DNA of 62,229 nucleotides, filler included, from Diploschistes diacapsis (taxonomy: Eukaryota), in the NCBI GenBank assembly GCA_023645945.1. It is 19 parts of 19 records of this genome, joined end to end, with 100 filler letters (N's around TTAATTAATTAA, not from the genome) between each part and the next. Parts side by side here need not be neighbours in the genome. Positions count along the whole stretch, not along the records: positions 47,622 to 49,627 come from JALAIB010002442.1; positions 49,728 to 51,731 come from JALAIB010002443.1; positions 51,832 to 53,832 come from JALAIB010002444.1; positions 53,933 to 55,932 come from JALAIB010002445.1; positions 56,033 to 58,031 come from JALAIB010002446.1; positions 58,132 to 60,130 come from JALAIB010002447.1; positions 60,231 to 62,229 come from JALAIB010002448.1; 12 more parts are not named here. One strand, given 5' to 3'. Of this stretch, positions 47,622 through 61,154 are shown one piece after another. Both the position numbers and the translations under genes were made by a program. Positions within the stretch are counted from its first letter, which is position 1. The number at the start of each line of letters is the position of its first letter. The notes below the pieces were generated by a model. That model ran no database searches, was not told where the DNA came from, and worked only from the letters and a program-made list of their open reading frames with translations.

Positions 47622-49229
47622 ATATATAGTTTAATTATAGTAATACGGGTCACGTAATAAATAAAAAATCTTAAAAGCTATTTTATTCTTTATAGATAGA
47701 ACGGGAGAATAGTAATTTTATTTATTTATTAATTAATTTTATTAAAGAGTAGTTAATTATATAAGAACGCGTTATGGTTTTTATAAATCGGGGTATATTT
47801 ATCCTTATAGATATTATTAATAATTATTCGAAATCAATTTATATTCGTTATGTTCTATTATTAGATAGTAATCTTTTTAGAAATCAGAACAGACTTAGTA
47901 CTATTCTATTTCTTCTCCTTCTATACTCCTTTTCTACCAAACCTACCTTAATCAATACCTCGTGTCTACGTTGTAGAGATAGAAATCATAACACGCTGAT
48001 CGACACAGGAATTAACGGAATGTGCTTTATTAATAAAAGATTTATCGAATATCTTAAAAAACGGTTCAATTTCGCCCCGGTAAAGCTATTAAAAAAGATA
48101 AACAGTATTTATATTAATAATAAATTATTAAAATCGATTATCTATATTTTTTATTTATTAATTTAATTAAAGAACTATTTTAATAATATAACTTTTTGTT
48201 ATATTTTATTAAAGATCGGGAAACACCGCGTGATTATTAAGAAAAAATAACTTTATCTGTATAACGCGGTAGTAAGCTACGCTATTTTTAAAATAAATTT
48301 CAAACCGAACTATTATAATCATCTAGAATCATTTCCTATTAAGGAACGAAAGGAAGTCGAAGAAGCCTTAACTATTCTTCGATTAGATTTTAAAGTAATT
48401 AGGATCGGTAGCCCTCTGATTACTAAAATCTTACCGCGTGGTATAATAACTAGCGATAATAGAATTAATATAAAAGATTTAATTTACTTATCTTCCTCCC
48501 GTGAGACCGATAAACGAGCTTATACGAGTAATAATTTTAATCGAATTTTCGCGATTAACGCCGTAACTTTCGATATTGCTAATCGATAGACCGAAATAAA
48601 TATATTCGTTATTTTTATGAAAGAAATCGATTAATAATTAAAAAAGAAGAAACGATAAGAAATAACAACGGAAAACCTTCGCGAGTTAATATATAAAGAA
48701 TATTACGATTATTTAAACGTGTTTAGTTACGAAAAAGCTAACGAACTACCCCCGTATCGACCTTAATAAAACCATAAGATTGAATTAAGGAAAGGAGTTA
48801 TATTACCGAAATCAGTTTTATTAAAAAGAATATCGATGGACGAATTATAGGCATTAAAGGCTTATTTAAAAGAATATTTGGCGAATAAGTTTATTACGTT
48901 CAGTTTAATAAAATACGCGTTCCCGATCCTATTCGTAAAGAAATCCAACGGGGATAGATTAAAAGTATACGTCGATTATTAAGGGTTGAATAACATCACG
49001 AAGAAGAATCGATATTTATTATTCTTAATCGCCGAGACGATAGCCCGGATGACCCGAGTTAAGATTTATATCAAGTTCGATATCATTTAAGTATTTTATC
49101 GATTACGAATGGCTATTAATAGGGACGAGGAATTGATTATCTTTTTAACGTTTTTGAGAGCATATAAGTTTCGGGTGATGTTTATCGGACTGACGGTAGG
49201 TTCTAATTCTTATTAATAGTTTATGAATA
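47622..49229 (+). mobile_element. Family A-type LTR (to 47993) inserted at the protease of a gypsy pol (47994-49229, protease-RT)
   Basis: CATAACA followed directly by LIDTGINGMCFI; PILFVKKSNGDRLKVYVDY*GLNNITKKNRY. Confidence 0.88.
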
Positions 49230-49627
49230 ACGTATATGCATAGCGAGCGGACACTTATAGCGAGCGGATATCTTTCTCGATTCGTATAAGTTACAATTAT
49301 ATTTACGCAATCAATTCGTACGATAATTTATTATATTAATTATTAATATCTTTTGTTGAGCAGACAGGCAGAAGGCATGGCTGGGAGTTCGACTGAGTTC
49401 CAGAAGGAGGTTCAGTTCAGCTGAACTCCGAGGTTCAGATTCAACTAAATCTCCTAAAATTCCAACTAAACCGATTAAAAAATAGTATAAATAATAAAAC
49501 TTAACGTATCCCGCGAGTATAAAAATCTACGCAATAAAATATCTTCATAAAATAAGACTTCTAGACTTCAATATATCCATTACGTTATTAAATAAGTTAT
49601 AAACCCAAATTAGCCTACTCGAACCAC
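49230..49627 (+). mobile_element. F1 TIR (49230-49353) interrupted by a copia-type LTR (49354-49627)
   Basis: TA-ACGTATATGCATAGCGAGCGGACAC; TGTTGAGCAGACAGGCAGAAGGCATGG matches the LTR at 56644. Confidence 0.8.
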
Positions 49628-49727
49628 NNNNNNNNNNNNNNNNNNNNNNNNNNNNNNNNNNNNNNNNNNNNTTAATTAATTAANNNNNNNNNNNNNNNNN
49701 NNNNNNNNNNNNNNNNNNNNNNNNNNN

Positions 49728-50254
49728 GTATTAAATATTGGCCTAATTTTCGGCGCGTTAGTCTTTATACGCTTTAAAGTATTATAAACGTTTTATAACA
49801 TTTTTAGGATTTAAATAGGGGCGTTAACGCTTTAAATATTTTTTAAAAAGTAAATCGATTTCGGCGAATCTTCGACGGATAGTATCCTTATTAATAAACG
49901 TTATTTTAAGTAATTCGTGTTATTATATATCTGGCTCCCGTTTAGCGCGTCGATAGAGCCTATTTTTTTAATCTTAAATGATGTTTCGGGATCGTTTTAA
50001 ACGATAAAGGTTATATTATTCATCGTCGCGTTTTAAAGCTTTTACTTTCGTATATTGGGCTGTAAAATAGGGAATATTAAGCTTTTAGGCCGTATCTTTA
50101 AGAATATTATTATTATAAAAAGCGCCGAGGAGTTCAGAACGTTGAAATGGCTTCAAACGACGTTGGGGAGGCATAATTGTAAAAATAATAACAAGAGTTG
50201 ACTGTTTATTTACTGCCGCTTATGGTGTACCTAACTACTTTTGCTCTAGTACTG
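49728..50254 (-). mobile_element. Tc1-like transposon, 5' end
   Basis: TA-CAGTACTAGAGCAAAAGTAGTTAGGTAC TIR, related to 40613; ORF start MPPQRRLKPFQRSELLG...LNIPYFTAQY (HTH-like). Confidence 0.75.
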
Positions 50255-50990
50255 TATATTGGGGCCCAGATGCGAGCAGGCCTTGGCACATCTATTTGAG
50301 GAAACTGAGATCACGCATTTAAGCATTTTAGATAGAGATAATAAAGTTTAATTATCATCTATATTTCTGTAATATCCCTCTGGCTTGTAGCTTTATTTTG
50401 TGGAATCTTAACGTCCATAAAGGCCGCGAAAGTAAATAAACGCTTGTTTCTTACCGGCGTTTATTTTCAAGATATCTTCTCGATGTCTTGAAAAAAAGCC
50501 AGTTAAGTCTTTATCGCTGCTAAACGCCATTCTCATTTATTTTTTATCTCTTTTTTATATTCTTCCCGAGGCACTGCCGATTTTCCCCCATTATTCAAAA
50601 GGAGACCCGTCTTTTGGGGATTTTTTTGGGATTTTTTCGACCATTAGTCGTAGCGCGAAGGTGTTTAACGTTAGTTTTAACCTCACCGCCGACTTTTTAA
50701 AGATTTTAATTTATTTCTTCGATTTTGGTTAAACGTCGTGGCGTTAACGGGTTATAGTCGTTAACACGCGGTAGTTCTAGGCTGCATTACATGTTGAAAG
50801 TGGTGGAAGTTCCTAATAGATAACAAATGAGTAAGATGTACTCTGCAGCTAATCCTAACTAGGAAATATTCCTAGCCTGCCTAGCCTGCCTAGCTGACTA
50901 TTGTTCAATGATTGTATTGATGAGGTTGAAGGTTCTATCTATGAAAGTTGGAAGGTGAGAGGCCTTTTATGGGCGCATTTCACGCTAGTA

Positions 50991-51731
50991 TGATGAGACA
51001 CATCAGGCCAGGGGCCTGCCAAGCCACGGCAGGGTCACATGACGGGTCCCACCGAGGATAGCCGCTGCCAGCCGCGCTAAGGATGTCAGGGGGGTGACTA
51101 TATAGGCGGGTAGTGTCCGAACCCTAATAGGGCTGGTACTCATACTATTTATTTATACTTTCTTTCTATTTAGATAATTTCTTTTTTAGTTTTTCGAATC
51201 GAGACCTTTTATCTATAAATACTTAATTATACGTAATCCTTCCGGATCAGGCCTAGTCCCTGGTAATATAATATTCTTTCCTACGCTGACGTTTTATATT
51301 CGAAAAGCTTATCTTACCTTCGCACTCGTAACAAAAGTTTAAAACGTTAATCGAATTAAATATTCGAGTATTTACGATAATCGAACTCGAAAGTATTACC
51401 CGCCGGTTTATTATAAATAATGGCTTCCGTTGGTAAAAAGGATTAAAAGAGAAAAAAAGAATCGATTATATTTCCGACGTTTAAAGAATTGATCAAGATT
51501 TTAATGATTAAAAAATACGATTTAAAAAACGATTCGACAATTAAAAAATAATTTATAAAATATCCCGCGTTACGGTAATTATTTATGTTAAGAACTTTCG
51601 ACAGATCTAATATTAACGAAAAATAAGTACGGGGAAGATCTTAAAAGGACCTCCGCGACGAATTTAACCGAAAAATGTTTTCGTTCAAAGACCCAATAAA
51701 AAAATTAATTAATTAAAATAACGTTATCGAG
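50991..51731 (+). mobile_element. Ty3/gypsy family B 5' LTR (to ~51298), self-priming PBS and gag start
   Basis: Homologous to 27563-28185; AGTTTTTCGAAT inside the LTR and ATTCGAAAAGCT at its end; gag MASVGKKD... Confidence 0.8.
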
Positions 51732-52013
51732 NNNNNNNNNNNNNNNNNNNNNNNNNNNNNNNNNNNNNNNNNNNNTTAATTAATTAANNNNNNNNNNNNN
51801 NNNNNNNNNNNNNNNNNNNNNNNNNNNNNNNCGAGTTAATTAGTAGTAGTGGTATCGGATTTAACGGGGTTTAATAGGTACTATATATTGTCGCGAAAAT
51901 ATTAAGAATGGCGTATTTTATATTACGTAAGCGTGGATATTCGTGGCGGAAGAGCTTTAGCGAGTTGTTAACGCTAGCGTGATTAATAATAATTTAATCT
52001 AGATTGTTCCTTA

Positions 52014-52224
52014 ACGTGTTTCATCACGAAACGGAACATCCCACGAAAGCGGAATACAATCCCTGCACCTTCGTAAAGTGTATTTCTTAAAGGCCGAAGA
52101 ACGGGGTAATGTGGTTGAAAATAGATTTAGTTTCGTGCAAATATGGAAACGCTCGATCTAGCGCAATTACATTTTAATATAATATTCCGCTTCGTGGTGT
52201 GTTCCGTTTTGTGGTGAAACACGT
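52014..52224. mobile_element. 211-bp MITE (Tc1/mariner-pogo type)
   Basis: TA-ACGTGTTTCATCACGAAACGGAACA...TGTTCCGTTTTGTGGTGAAACACGT-TA: ~45-bp imperfect TIR with TA target duplication. Confidence 0.85.
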
Positions 52225-53932
52225 TATCCTTCTAAATCATTCCATGTATTAGTAAGCCGAATATTCTAGAATATTCGATAATCTTCGATGATAGTTTATT
52301 ATGTTCTAGAATATTCTAGAACCTTCTAGAACCTTCTAGAATATTCGAACATGCTAGAAGCTTCATAAGCAATCTGACTAACCTATTTAAATTAGTATTC
52401 TGATAGTCAGCTACCAGGCTAGGCAGGCTAGAGATTATTTCCTAGTTAAGACTAGCTGCAGAATACATGTTAATCATTTGTCATTTATTAGAAACTTCCA
52501 CCACTTTCACAAATAACAACTATCCTACGAAATCAAAAGACTGAACATAATGCTTTCAAGAACCCCGATTCATTGTTTCCCTATTACATTATATATAGAT
52601 GCGTGGCTGTGACAGCAGGGGGACCTATACCCTAAAACGACGGGTGCTACAAAATTAATAATAATAATATCTTAAATTCATAATAATTATTAGATAATTA
52701 TTTCTTACGTAAACAATAATTGGTCACGTTATCTTCGTTGAGTTTCGTTAGTTTCGTTAATTTCGCCGGTTTCGCCAGATTCGCCCACTACACAGGTTTT
52801 CGCGTGCTTTCGCTGCCAAAAACTTTTCGTGATATATTAACGGCCTAATTAAAGCCTATCGGGATACTAGATCGAATTATTTTTAATTTAACGTCGTTAA
52901 TGTTTGTTATTCGCTAGCAATTAATATAATATATCTTTTAAAACTTTTATAGTTAAATACTTCTCGTTATCCCGTTCTATTTTATTAATAATAACAATCG
53001 CATTAAATCACTTCGTATTTTAATACATAATCATTATTTTTAAAACATTATGACAGTTAATTTTAATAAGTTTATGTTTAAGGCGAAACGCAAGTTCACA
53101 TTTATATTTAAATTTATGTTACGATCCAGGTATCTAACCTGTCACGTCCTAGCCACTAACTTAGGATTTAACGTGGACGTCGGTCACGTAAGTTATTAAA
53201 ACAAGCGATATCGCTTTATATATTTCTTAAGAATAATAAGCAGCGTTTTTTTTATTTTATAAAAGTTATCGTTACCGCTCCTTTCGCTCCGTAAAAATTA
53301 AAAAAATAAATATTAATGTTCCATCAAGGGCTATTAGATATAACGTTTTTATCAAGACTGTTTATATTTTAATATATTTATTTTTATAAACACCTTTATT
53401 TAAAAAACTCGGGATTAATTTATATTTTTTATTTTTTATTATCAAAACCGCTTTTTAAAGATAATTTAATAATTATAATTATTTTAATCTTTTTTCTCTA
53501 TTTATACTTTTCTTTTATACTTTTCTTTTATACTTTTCTTTTATACGAGATCAAACTTATCTTAATTAATACCTCGTGTTTATTTTATAAAGATAAAAAT
53601 TATAACATTTAAATATCTTTAAAATAAATACTTTAAGTAACATAACCGAAAAATCGCTTTTAATAACGTGTTTAACGGGGATTCCGGCCATCCCCAGATT
53701 CCGGCCACTTTTGCCAAGAAATATTTAAATCTTCAATAATTCTTCGAAATTGATCGTTATTATTATTTTTTTTTCAAAATATTACTTTTTAATCAATTAT
53801 CTATCATATACAAAAAGTGCACATTGAATACGNNNNNNNNNNNNNNNNNNNNNNNNNNNNNNNNNNNNNNNNNNNNTTAATTAATTAANNNNNNNNNNNN
53901 NNNNNNNNNNNNNNNNNNNNNNNNNNNNNNNN

Positions 53933-54893
53933 GATTATATTATTAAAATAGTTCCTTGATTGTAACGATAGATAAAGGACGTGAATAATAGATCTTTGCG
54001 GCTTATCGTCGATATAAATGTTATTTATTTTTTAAAAATAATCTTACCGTGGCGAAATTAAATCGTTTTTAAATTATTCGGCGAATTCTTATTCGATAAA
54101 ATATATCTCGTTAATTCCCGTGTCGATTAGTGCTGGTATACGGAAGCTTTTATATTTTCTATTTAATATTATATTCAACGTAAGGGTAGACGCCGTTAAG
54201 GATTTTTCGTCTAAGGCTTCTATAATTATTTAATTATACTATTAAGACGATTCGTTATTTTTATCGTTTATATATTCGTTAAATCCTTCATTCTGGGGTT
54301 ATAAGGAGATTATTCTTTTTTCGACTTAGGTTCGCGTTCGGGGCAGTTACTAACGAAATATTCCTTCTAGAACAGTTATAATAGGTTTTATTATTAATTT
54401 ATTTCTTAATAGATATAATCGGTTTCTCGCTGATTACCTCGGCGGAAGTCTTAGATTCTTTCTTATTACGATCCCTAAAGGTCCTTCGGGGACGAACAAT
54501 GTACGAACTATTATTTCGGGTACTGACCGCGAAAGTAACCGTCTTATTACGGGTTTTTACTTTTGAATAATAATCGAACATATATAATCTATTCTTTATC
54601 TCCCGTATTGTCTCGGGGTTTTTATTTAGGAAGATAGTTTAGAAACGATCGGGCAGTTTTTTTCTAATATCTAATATTTAATCCTTCTCGGGGATCCTTA
54701 CTTCGATTATAAGTACCGTGAACTGAATTAGAAATTCGTTAATTTCGTTATTGTTTTATTATAGCTTTCGATAATTATTTTTAATGATTAATCGGGTATT
54801 TTTATTTATTTATCGGTTATTTAATCGTTCGAATAATATTTCGGCGGAGATTATTCGATTAATTGAATTTTCGTCCGTGAAAGCTTTTATATA
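53933..54893 (-). mobile_element. Ty3/gypsy gag-protease fragment
   Basis: ALIDTGINEIYFIE, same family as 47994. Confidence 0.75.
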
Positions 54894-55932
54894 ACGTATA
54901 TGCATAACAAGCGGACATTCATAGCGAACGAACAATCCCCACCCAATTTTACGAACTTTCAATTTTTATATTAATTTTCTACGCGTACGATCGTGGAATC
55001 ATCTTTAATTAAAATAGAATCATAATAACACTTTAGGTTATTAAACAAAACCTAAATCTTAATATAAAACGCGTATTTCAGATATACAAGGTTCCTCGTA
55101 CGACGCTTATTACTCGACGCGATAATCGTGCTTTAAGACACGATATCTTAGCCAACTTAATAAATTTAACTCTATTAAAAAACGATTCTTAAACGTACGA
55201 TTAATTTAATCGAATATAATTTTCCGCCGCGACAAAACGATATACGCGACATAACCAACTTAATACGCGCAGTTCGAAATACGCCGCCAGTCGGACCATG
55301 ATAAACACAAAACTTCGTACGAAAACAAAAAATGCTTAGAATACGTTATTAAAAAGCATTAACTAAAGATCTACGAATCGTACGAAATTAATTCGACCTC
55401 ATACGTAACGTGATTAACAAATATGATATCCTCGATTCGAATATCTACAATTTCGAAGAAACCGGCTTTCTTATAAGAATATTAGGCCATACAAAGGTCG
55501 TATTTACTTTAAATCGCAAAAATAAACCTCATACGAAGCAGCTCGGTAATCGAGAATAGATTTCTATTATTTAAACCATTTACGCGGACGATTATGCGTT
55601 AAATAATAATTCTTAAAATCGAGATCAAAATATTTCGTACGACGAATAAAATACTTAACAAATGAAAAAAGATTAAAAAAACGCGCGTACGAGCTAAAAG
55701 ATTACTTAACACAATAAAAACAATCGTATTATAATCTTTAAAAATCGAAATTCTTACAAAATAAACTAATATATCTAAAAATAAAGATCGTACGAGAAAA
55801 CTCGGATTACTCGTACGACGTTATAACAAATATAATTAATCTGGGTATAATACGCAAATTTACGAAATAAAATCTATAGCTTCTAAAAAAAATATTAATA
55901 ATTAATATAATAAATTATCGTACGAATTGATT
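54894..55932 (+). mobile_element. Internally deleted Fot1-like (F1) transposon
   Basis: TIR, then HTH region (IYKVPRTTLITR) and DIYNFEETGF; after IYADDYA it jumps to the C-terminal CCHC remnant (RYNKYN*SGYN). Confidence 0.85.
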
Positions 55933-56032
55933 NNNNNNNNNNNNNNNNNNNNNNNNNNNNNNNNNNNNNNNNNNNNTTAATTAATTAANNNNNNNNNNNN
56001 NNNNNNNNNNNNNNNNNNNNNNNNNNNNNNNN

Positions 56033-56643
56033 TGATATTATCGTATATAGTTTTATATCCTTTCCGTAAGAATCTGTAGCTTCCGTCGTGTTATTGGGTA
56101 TTGTTCGTATTAATCTTTTAAAATATTCATGATTGTTATAAATTCTCGAAAATTTATCGTAAATAATCCGTTATTATTAATCTTTAATAATTTAACTTAA
56201 CGCGGTTCTTTTGTTATATAATCTAACCGTTTGTTTAACGCGTTAGCTCGTTTATTTATTTTATTTACGATCTGTTTAATCGTGAAGCGGTATCGGCCGA
56301 AAATCTTTAATTAACGAAATTATCTTGGATTGAATTTTTTTATCGTCGTGAACTTTAATAAGTTCATATGGTCTATATAAATTTCGATTTCCTTTACTTC
56401 GTGAACGTAAATATATTATTCGTTTAATATAACGATTATGGCGAGTAATTCTTAATCGCTTATATCGTAATTAATTTTTATTAATAACATCTTTCTCGAA
56501 TAACAGGTTATCAGTCGTTACTTACTATTATTATCTAACTATAATAAATATATTACAATAACTAGTCTTAAAGTATCGATTTCGATTCGTATTAGTTTAT
56601 CTAGATTATAAAATCTTAAAACAGACGCGTTAATCGTTAAATT
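56033..56643 (-). mobile_element. Ty3/gypsy RNase H fragment
   Basis: SVLRFYNLDKLIRIEIDT...CYSRKML...NYDISD*ELLAII...YIDHMNL. Confidence 0.85.
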
Positions 56644-58031
56644 TGTTGAGCGGACAGGCAGAAGGCATGGCAGGCTCGATCCAATTCCGGAGGGTTCAGT
56701 TCAGCTGACCACCTGAACCTCTTGGAATTCGGACTAGACCGGTTAGGGTAATAAGGCTTAACGTATACCGTAAAAAATAAAAGTCTATATAATAGGATAT
56801 TTCTTAAAATAAGATCTTTAAACTTTAATATATTTATTACGTTATTAAATAAATTATGAACCCGTGTTAATCTATTCGAACTACTTCGTTTTTAATTATT
56901 AGAAATAAGTCTTCCCGGTAATTGTAACGGTTACGAACACGGGACCGAATACGCTGATCTTATCTAGAAAGCCTAAATCGAAGAAATCTAAAAACCTAAA
57001 ATCTGAATCATAAGACTTTAAAGTAGGTAGATTCAAAAATAAAAGGTATATTATTATAAAAGATCGCGGGATCTTATTACGCTGGCCAAGAATAAACCTA
57101 AATAAGAAGTATTTAAATCCAGATTATCATCTATATAGGTTAAAGAAAAACTTTTTTTCCTTCCCGATAAGGATCGAAGTTCAGCTGAATCTAGTGCTGA
57201 ATCATATCGATCATCTTGACAACCTTCGATATCTAGTAGAGCCGTTATTTTCTCTATTAAACCTAGTCGAATCTCTTATCAACCCTTAAAATCTAGCAAA
57301 ATCGCTATTTTCGTTGTTGGATTCTTTTCGATCTTTAGCTTTACCTTTATTAAAACCTTTCGATCCTTCGTTAACTTTCGATAATTAGTAGTATCGCTAC
57401 CTTCGCTGCTGGACCTTTTTCGATCTTTCGTCAATCTTCGACATCTAGTAGTACTGTTACTTACGTTACTGAACCTAATCGAAACCTTTGACAACTATCG
57501 AGAATTTAGCTGAACCTTTATTAAACCCTTTCAACCTTTCGACAATCATCGACATCTAACTTTATCGCCGCTGGACTATCTCGATACTTGATAATCGTCG
57601 ATATTCAGCTTTACCGTTGCTGAACCCTTCCGACATCTTTAATAATCATCGAAAGTTCAATTAAACTAATGCTAAACTTATTCGATCAAAAAAAGAATAA
57701 AATAAAGGACAAGTTATTTAACAAACGGGTTGCTTCGTACGAAGCCATTAATCTATTAAGATTAACCTAGGTTAAAAGATCTAGTTAAATTAGACATGCT
57801 GGACGGTTCCGCCTGAGAGGGAGTGTTGAACGGACAGATAGAAGGTATAATAGGCTCGATCTAATTCCGGAGGGTTTAGTTCAGCTGATTATTTGAACCT
57901 TCTAGAATTCGGACAAGACCGGTTAGGGCAGTAGGGCTTAGCGCATACCGTGGAGGATAAAAGTCTGCACAGTAGGATACTTCCTAGGATAAGACCTCTA
58001 GACTTCAATATATCCATTACGTTGCCAAACA
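56644..58031 (+). mobile_element. Miniature Ty1/copia-type element: LTRs at 56644-~56928 and 57824->58031, interior ~0.9 kb
   Basis: Direct repeats TGTTGA(G/A)CGGACAG 1180 bp apart. GGTTACGAAC after the 5' LTR (resembles the fungal copia GGTTATGAGC) and GAGAGGGAG PPT before the 3' LTR. Confidence 0.75.
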
Positions 58032-58304
58032 NNNNNNNNNNNNNNNNNNNNNNNNNNNNNNNNNNNNNNNNNNNNTTAATTAATTAANNNNNNNNNNNNN
58101 NNNNNNNNNNNNNNNNNNNNNNNNNNNNNNNGATATAAACCGTATAGGTTTTTATAACCGATCCCGGCGCCGGCTAAGCTATTCTATATTATCATTATTA
58201 ACTTTATACTGACGCTATTTATTACGAAGGATGGTTACGATACGATACTATTAATTACGGACAAGTTCACGAAGGCCATTTTCTTGATTACGGGCAAAAA
58301 AGTA

Positions 58305-59300
58305 ACGTGTTTAACGGGGAACCGGGCCACCCCCAGAAGTGGGCCACCTCAAATTACTACCGCCAACATTCTACGGTTTTTAGATACAACCTGTTCGTCG
58401 TAATTAGAATCTAATCGATCTAAATCGAATTTATTTTTTTCATCTTTATCCTTTTCGATTTTAGAAATGCGACGACGTTTTTTGCGCGTTGTAGATCGTT
58501 TCGAAACTGTCCGATTCGATTTAATCCGAATTGTTATTTTAAGAATTTCGTCTGTGTTAAATATAAAACGACCTTTTAATTCGATTCGTTTATTTAATTT
58601 ACGTTTTTTACGATTATTAAGAAGCGTTTTTTGTTCTCGGTTTTTTTTACGAAGCGTTGTGAGTTTAGTATGCGTCGATTTAAATATACGGGTTACTCGA
58701 TTCGAATAACGTCGAATTAGATTAGTTAGTTCTAGAACGGCTCGTAACGTTTGATTAAATTTTTTATTGGCCTTTCGCAGTTCGGTCGCATTTGGTAGAA
58801 AGTTATATAATAAGGATAAATTTAAATCGAATTGATTCGAGGTTGAAAGAGGGCTGTAAAATGGAAGTGAAGGGGTCCGATAGGTCGAATAAAGCTTATT
58901 AAACACGGTTATAGGATTAATAAACTATAATCTAGTATCTATAAAGCCTGCCTAAGCGTTTCGACTCGTAATAGCTCGATTTCGAGTTGTTAAAAATAAT
59001 TCGATCTATTCCGAGCGTGTTATGCGCGATTTATTTAATCGAGTAATATGATCCGTCTCTTACGTTAACGCGCTTTTTAACGGCGAAAACACTGCGATAT
59101 CGAATGGTTAAAAAAGATAAAAATTATGCGGTGGTAATATTATTAAATCGATTCGATTAGATATGCAAAAACGAATAATATTAACGGTAATATGGCTGCT
59201 ATAACCGTTTATAATCAATAAACGACGCGTTTCGGGTTTATTCGGTTTAATTAGAAGTTTAAAGATATTTATAAGTTATTAATAACCGTGTTGAATAATA
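58305..59300 (-). mobile_element. pogo/Fot1-superfamily (F2) transposase, 3' half and TIR
   Basis: LIINGYSSHIT...LPPHNFYLF*PFDIAVFSPLK is a RIP-mutated DDE_1 (DGHxSH, LPPHxxHxLQPLD); includes ORF 58349..58906. Confidence 0.9.
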
Positions 59301-59389
59301 AGAACTTTCCTCTAAAAATACTCTTTTTTAATAATAACACGGTTCATTAATCGACTGCGAAGAACAGATCTAGAAATATCGAACGTATA

Positions 59390-60130
59390 ATCCATCAAAT
59401 TGAGCGCCCCCAGGGCAACAGCGGAGAGATGGCAGCAATGCAACGAGAAGGAGGAGAGTCGCGTCGTGACGCGTCTCATTCCTAGCAGGACCGCGCAGGC
59501 AGGCCGGTAAGAAGCTCGAACGTAAAGGATAAATTAAAAGACGTAATATAAGTAATCGGGGCATACGTGAAAACAAAATAAAACGAAAGACTGATATAAT
59601 TCTAAACTATAATAACGGAAGCGATACACGGGAACGGCGTCAACGCGCCGGAACCTAATCATAAAAAAAACGCGTCGAAATTAAAAGAAAGACTAAACAC
59701 GATTAAAGAGGGTATAAAAGCGATATAGGGAATTATAGAAAAACAAGGAAACAACCGCAGCAACATCGGGAGCAAGAATTAGATTTAAATAACGGGTACT
59801 ATCCCCGGGAGAAAGAACAGAGTAATAAAAATATTAAAAAGAACGATTAAGGAAATTACAATTCGGTTAAAAGATAAAATATAGGCGAGAAAACAACGGA
59901 ATAGGCCCGAATTGATAACGGACGCGAAAAAGATCGAAATAAAGAATATTATTGTAACCCGACAGCTTCTTAACGGGAACGTAAGATTCGTAATAAATTA
60001 AAAGAAATAAAAGACGAAACCGAGAAAATAAAAGAATAAATAACGGTATTTAAACGAAAGGCGAAAATAATATGGAAAGAATTTATAATAATAACGTATA
60101 AAATACGGATAAGCTTCGCGAATATTATAG
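59390..60130 (+). mobile_element. Tad1-like LINE, 5' end with ORF1 remnant
   Basis: IIVTRQLLNGNVRFV...EFIIITYKIR resembles the RQLPSGD...VxHG pattern of fungal Tad1 ORF1 after reverting RIP. Confidence 0.6.
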
Positions 60131-60230
60131 NNNNNNNNNNNNNNNNNNNNNNNNNNNNNNNNNNNNNNNNNNNNTTAATTAATTAANNNNNNNNNNNNNN
60201 NNNNNNNNNNNNNNNNNNNNNNNNNNNNNN

Positions 60231-60819
60231 GCTTATAACCGTGTTTAATAAGCTTTATTCGACTTATCGAATCTTTTTATTTCTATTTTATAACCTTCTT
60301 TGAACCTCGAATTAATTCGATTTAAATTTATTTTTATTGTATAGCTTTTTATTAAATACGACCGAACTGCGAAGGATTAATAAAAAATTTAATTAAACGT
60401 TACGAGCCGTTTTAAAATTAATTAACCCGATTCGACGTTATTCGAGTTAAATAACCCGTATGTTTAAATCGACGTATATTAAGCTTATAACGTTTCGTAA
60501 AGAAAACCGAGAGTAAAAAACGTATATCAAATAAACGAATCGAATTAAAAGATCGTTTTATATTTAGTATAGACGAAGTTCTGAAAATAATAATTCGGGT
60601 TAAATCGAATCGGATAGTTTCGAAACGATTTATAACGCGTAAAAAATGTCGTCGCGTTTCTAAAATCGAGAAAGATGAAGAGGAGGAAGATAGATTCGAT
60701 TTAGATCGATTAGATTTTAATTACGACGAACAGGTTATATCTAAAAACCGTAGAATGTTAGCGGTAGTGATTTGAGGTGGCCGGAATCTGGGGGTGGCCG
60801 GAAACCCCGTGAGACACGT
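60231..60819 (+). mobile_element. F2 transposon, 3' end
   Basis: Reverse-complement match to 58305-58915; TIR ...CCCCGTGAGACACGT-TA. Confidence 0.88.
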
Positions 60820-61154
60820 TATCTTTATAAAGTAAACATTCTTTTATTAAATTAAAATAGCGGCGTTATTTTTCGTCGGATCGTTTCTAAGAACGGCAGC
60901 CTTTAGAATACTATAATTTATTATAACGTAAAAAATATACTATAATTTCTTTTATTAATTTATTTTGCTTATTGGTAAATCTATTAAACCATTTATCGAA
61001 ATCGATATTAACGAATAAAATATTATCGATTTACGTGTTAATAACGTCGATAATAATTTCGTAATTAAGCGGTAATACCGCAAATAATTATTAAAAAAGA
61101 ACCTTTAAAACGTACTCGGTTCGTTTATACGATAATTTCTTTAAAAGTTTTATT

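Larger units (their letters stand above)
24275..60230. other. 18 artificial 100-bp assembly spacers (N44-TTAATTAATTAA-N44)
   Basis: Spacers start at 24275, 26394, 28511, 30627, 32743, 34858, 36972, 39085, 41198, 43308, 45416, 47522, 49628, 51732, 53833, 55933, 58032 and 60131. The core gives stops in all six frames. Intervening contig lengths never increase (2019 down to 1999 bp). Confidence 0.97.

Noticed and set aside
24275..60230. TTAATTAATTAA repeated every ~2.1 kb, resembling a regular array
   Set aside because: Always centred in a 100-bp N block, giving six-frame stops, between size-sorted contigs: an assembly linker. Apparent gene or TE clusters across it are not real.
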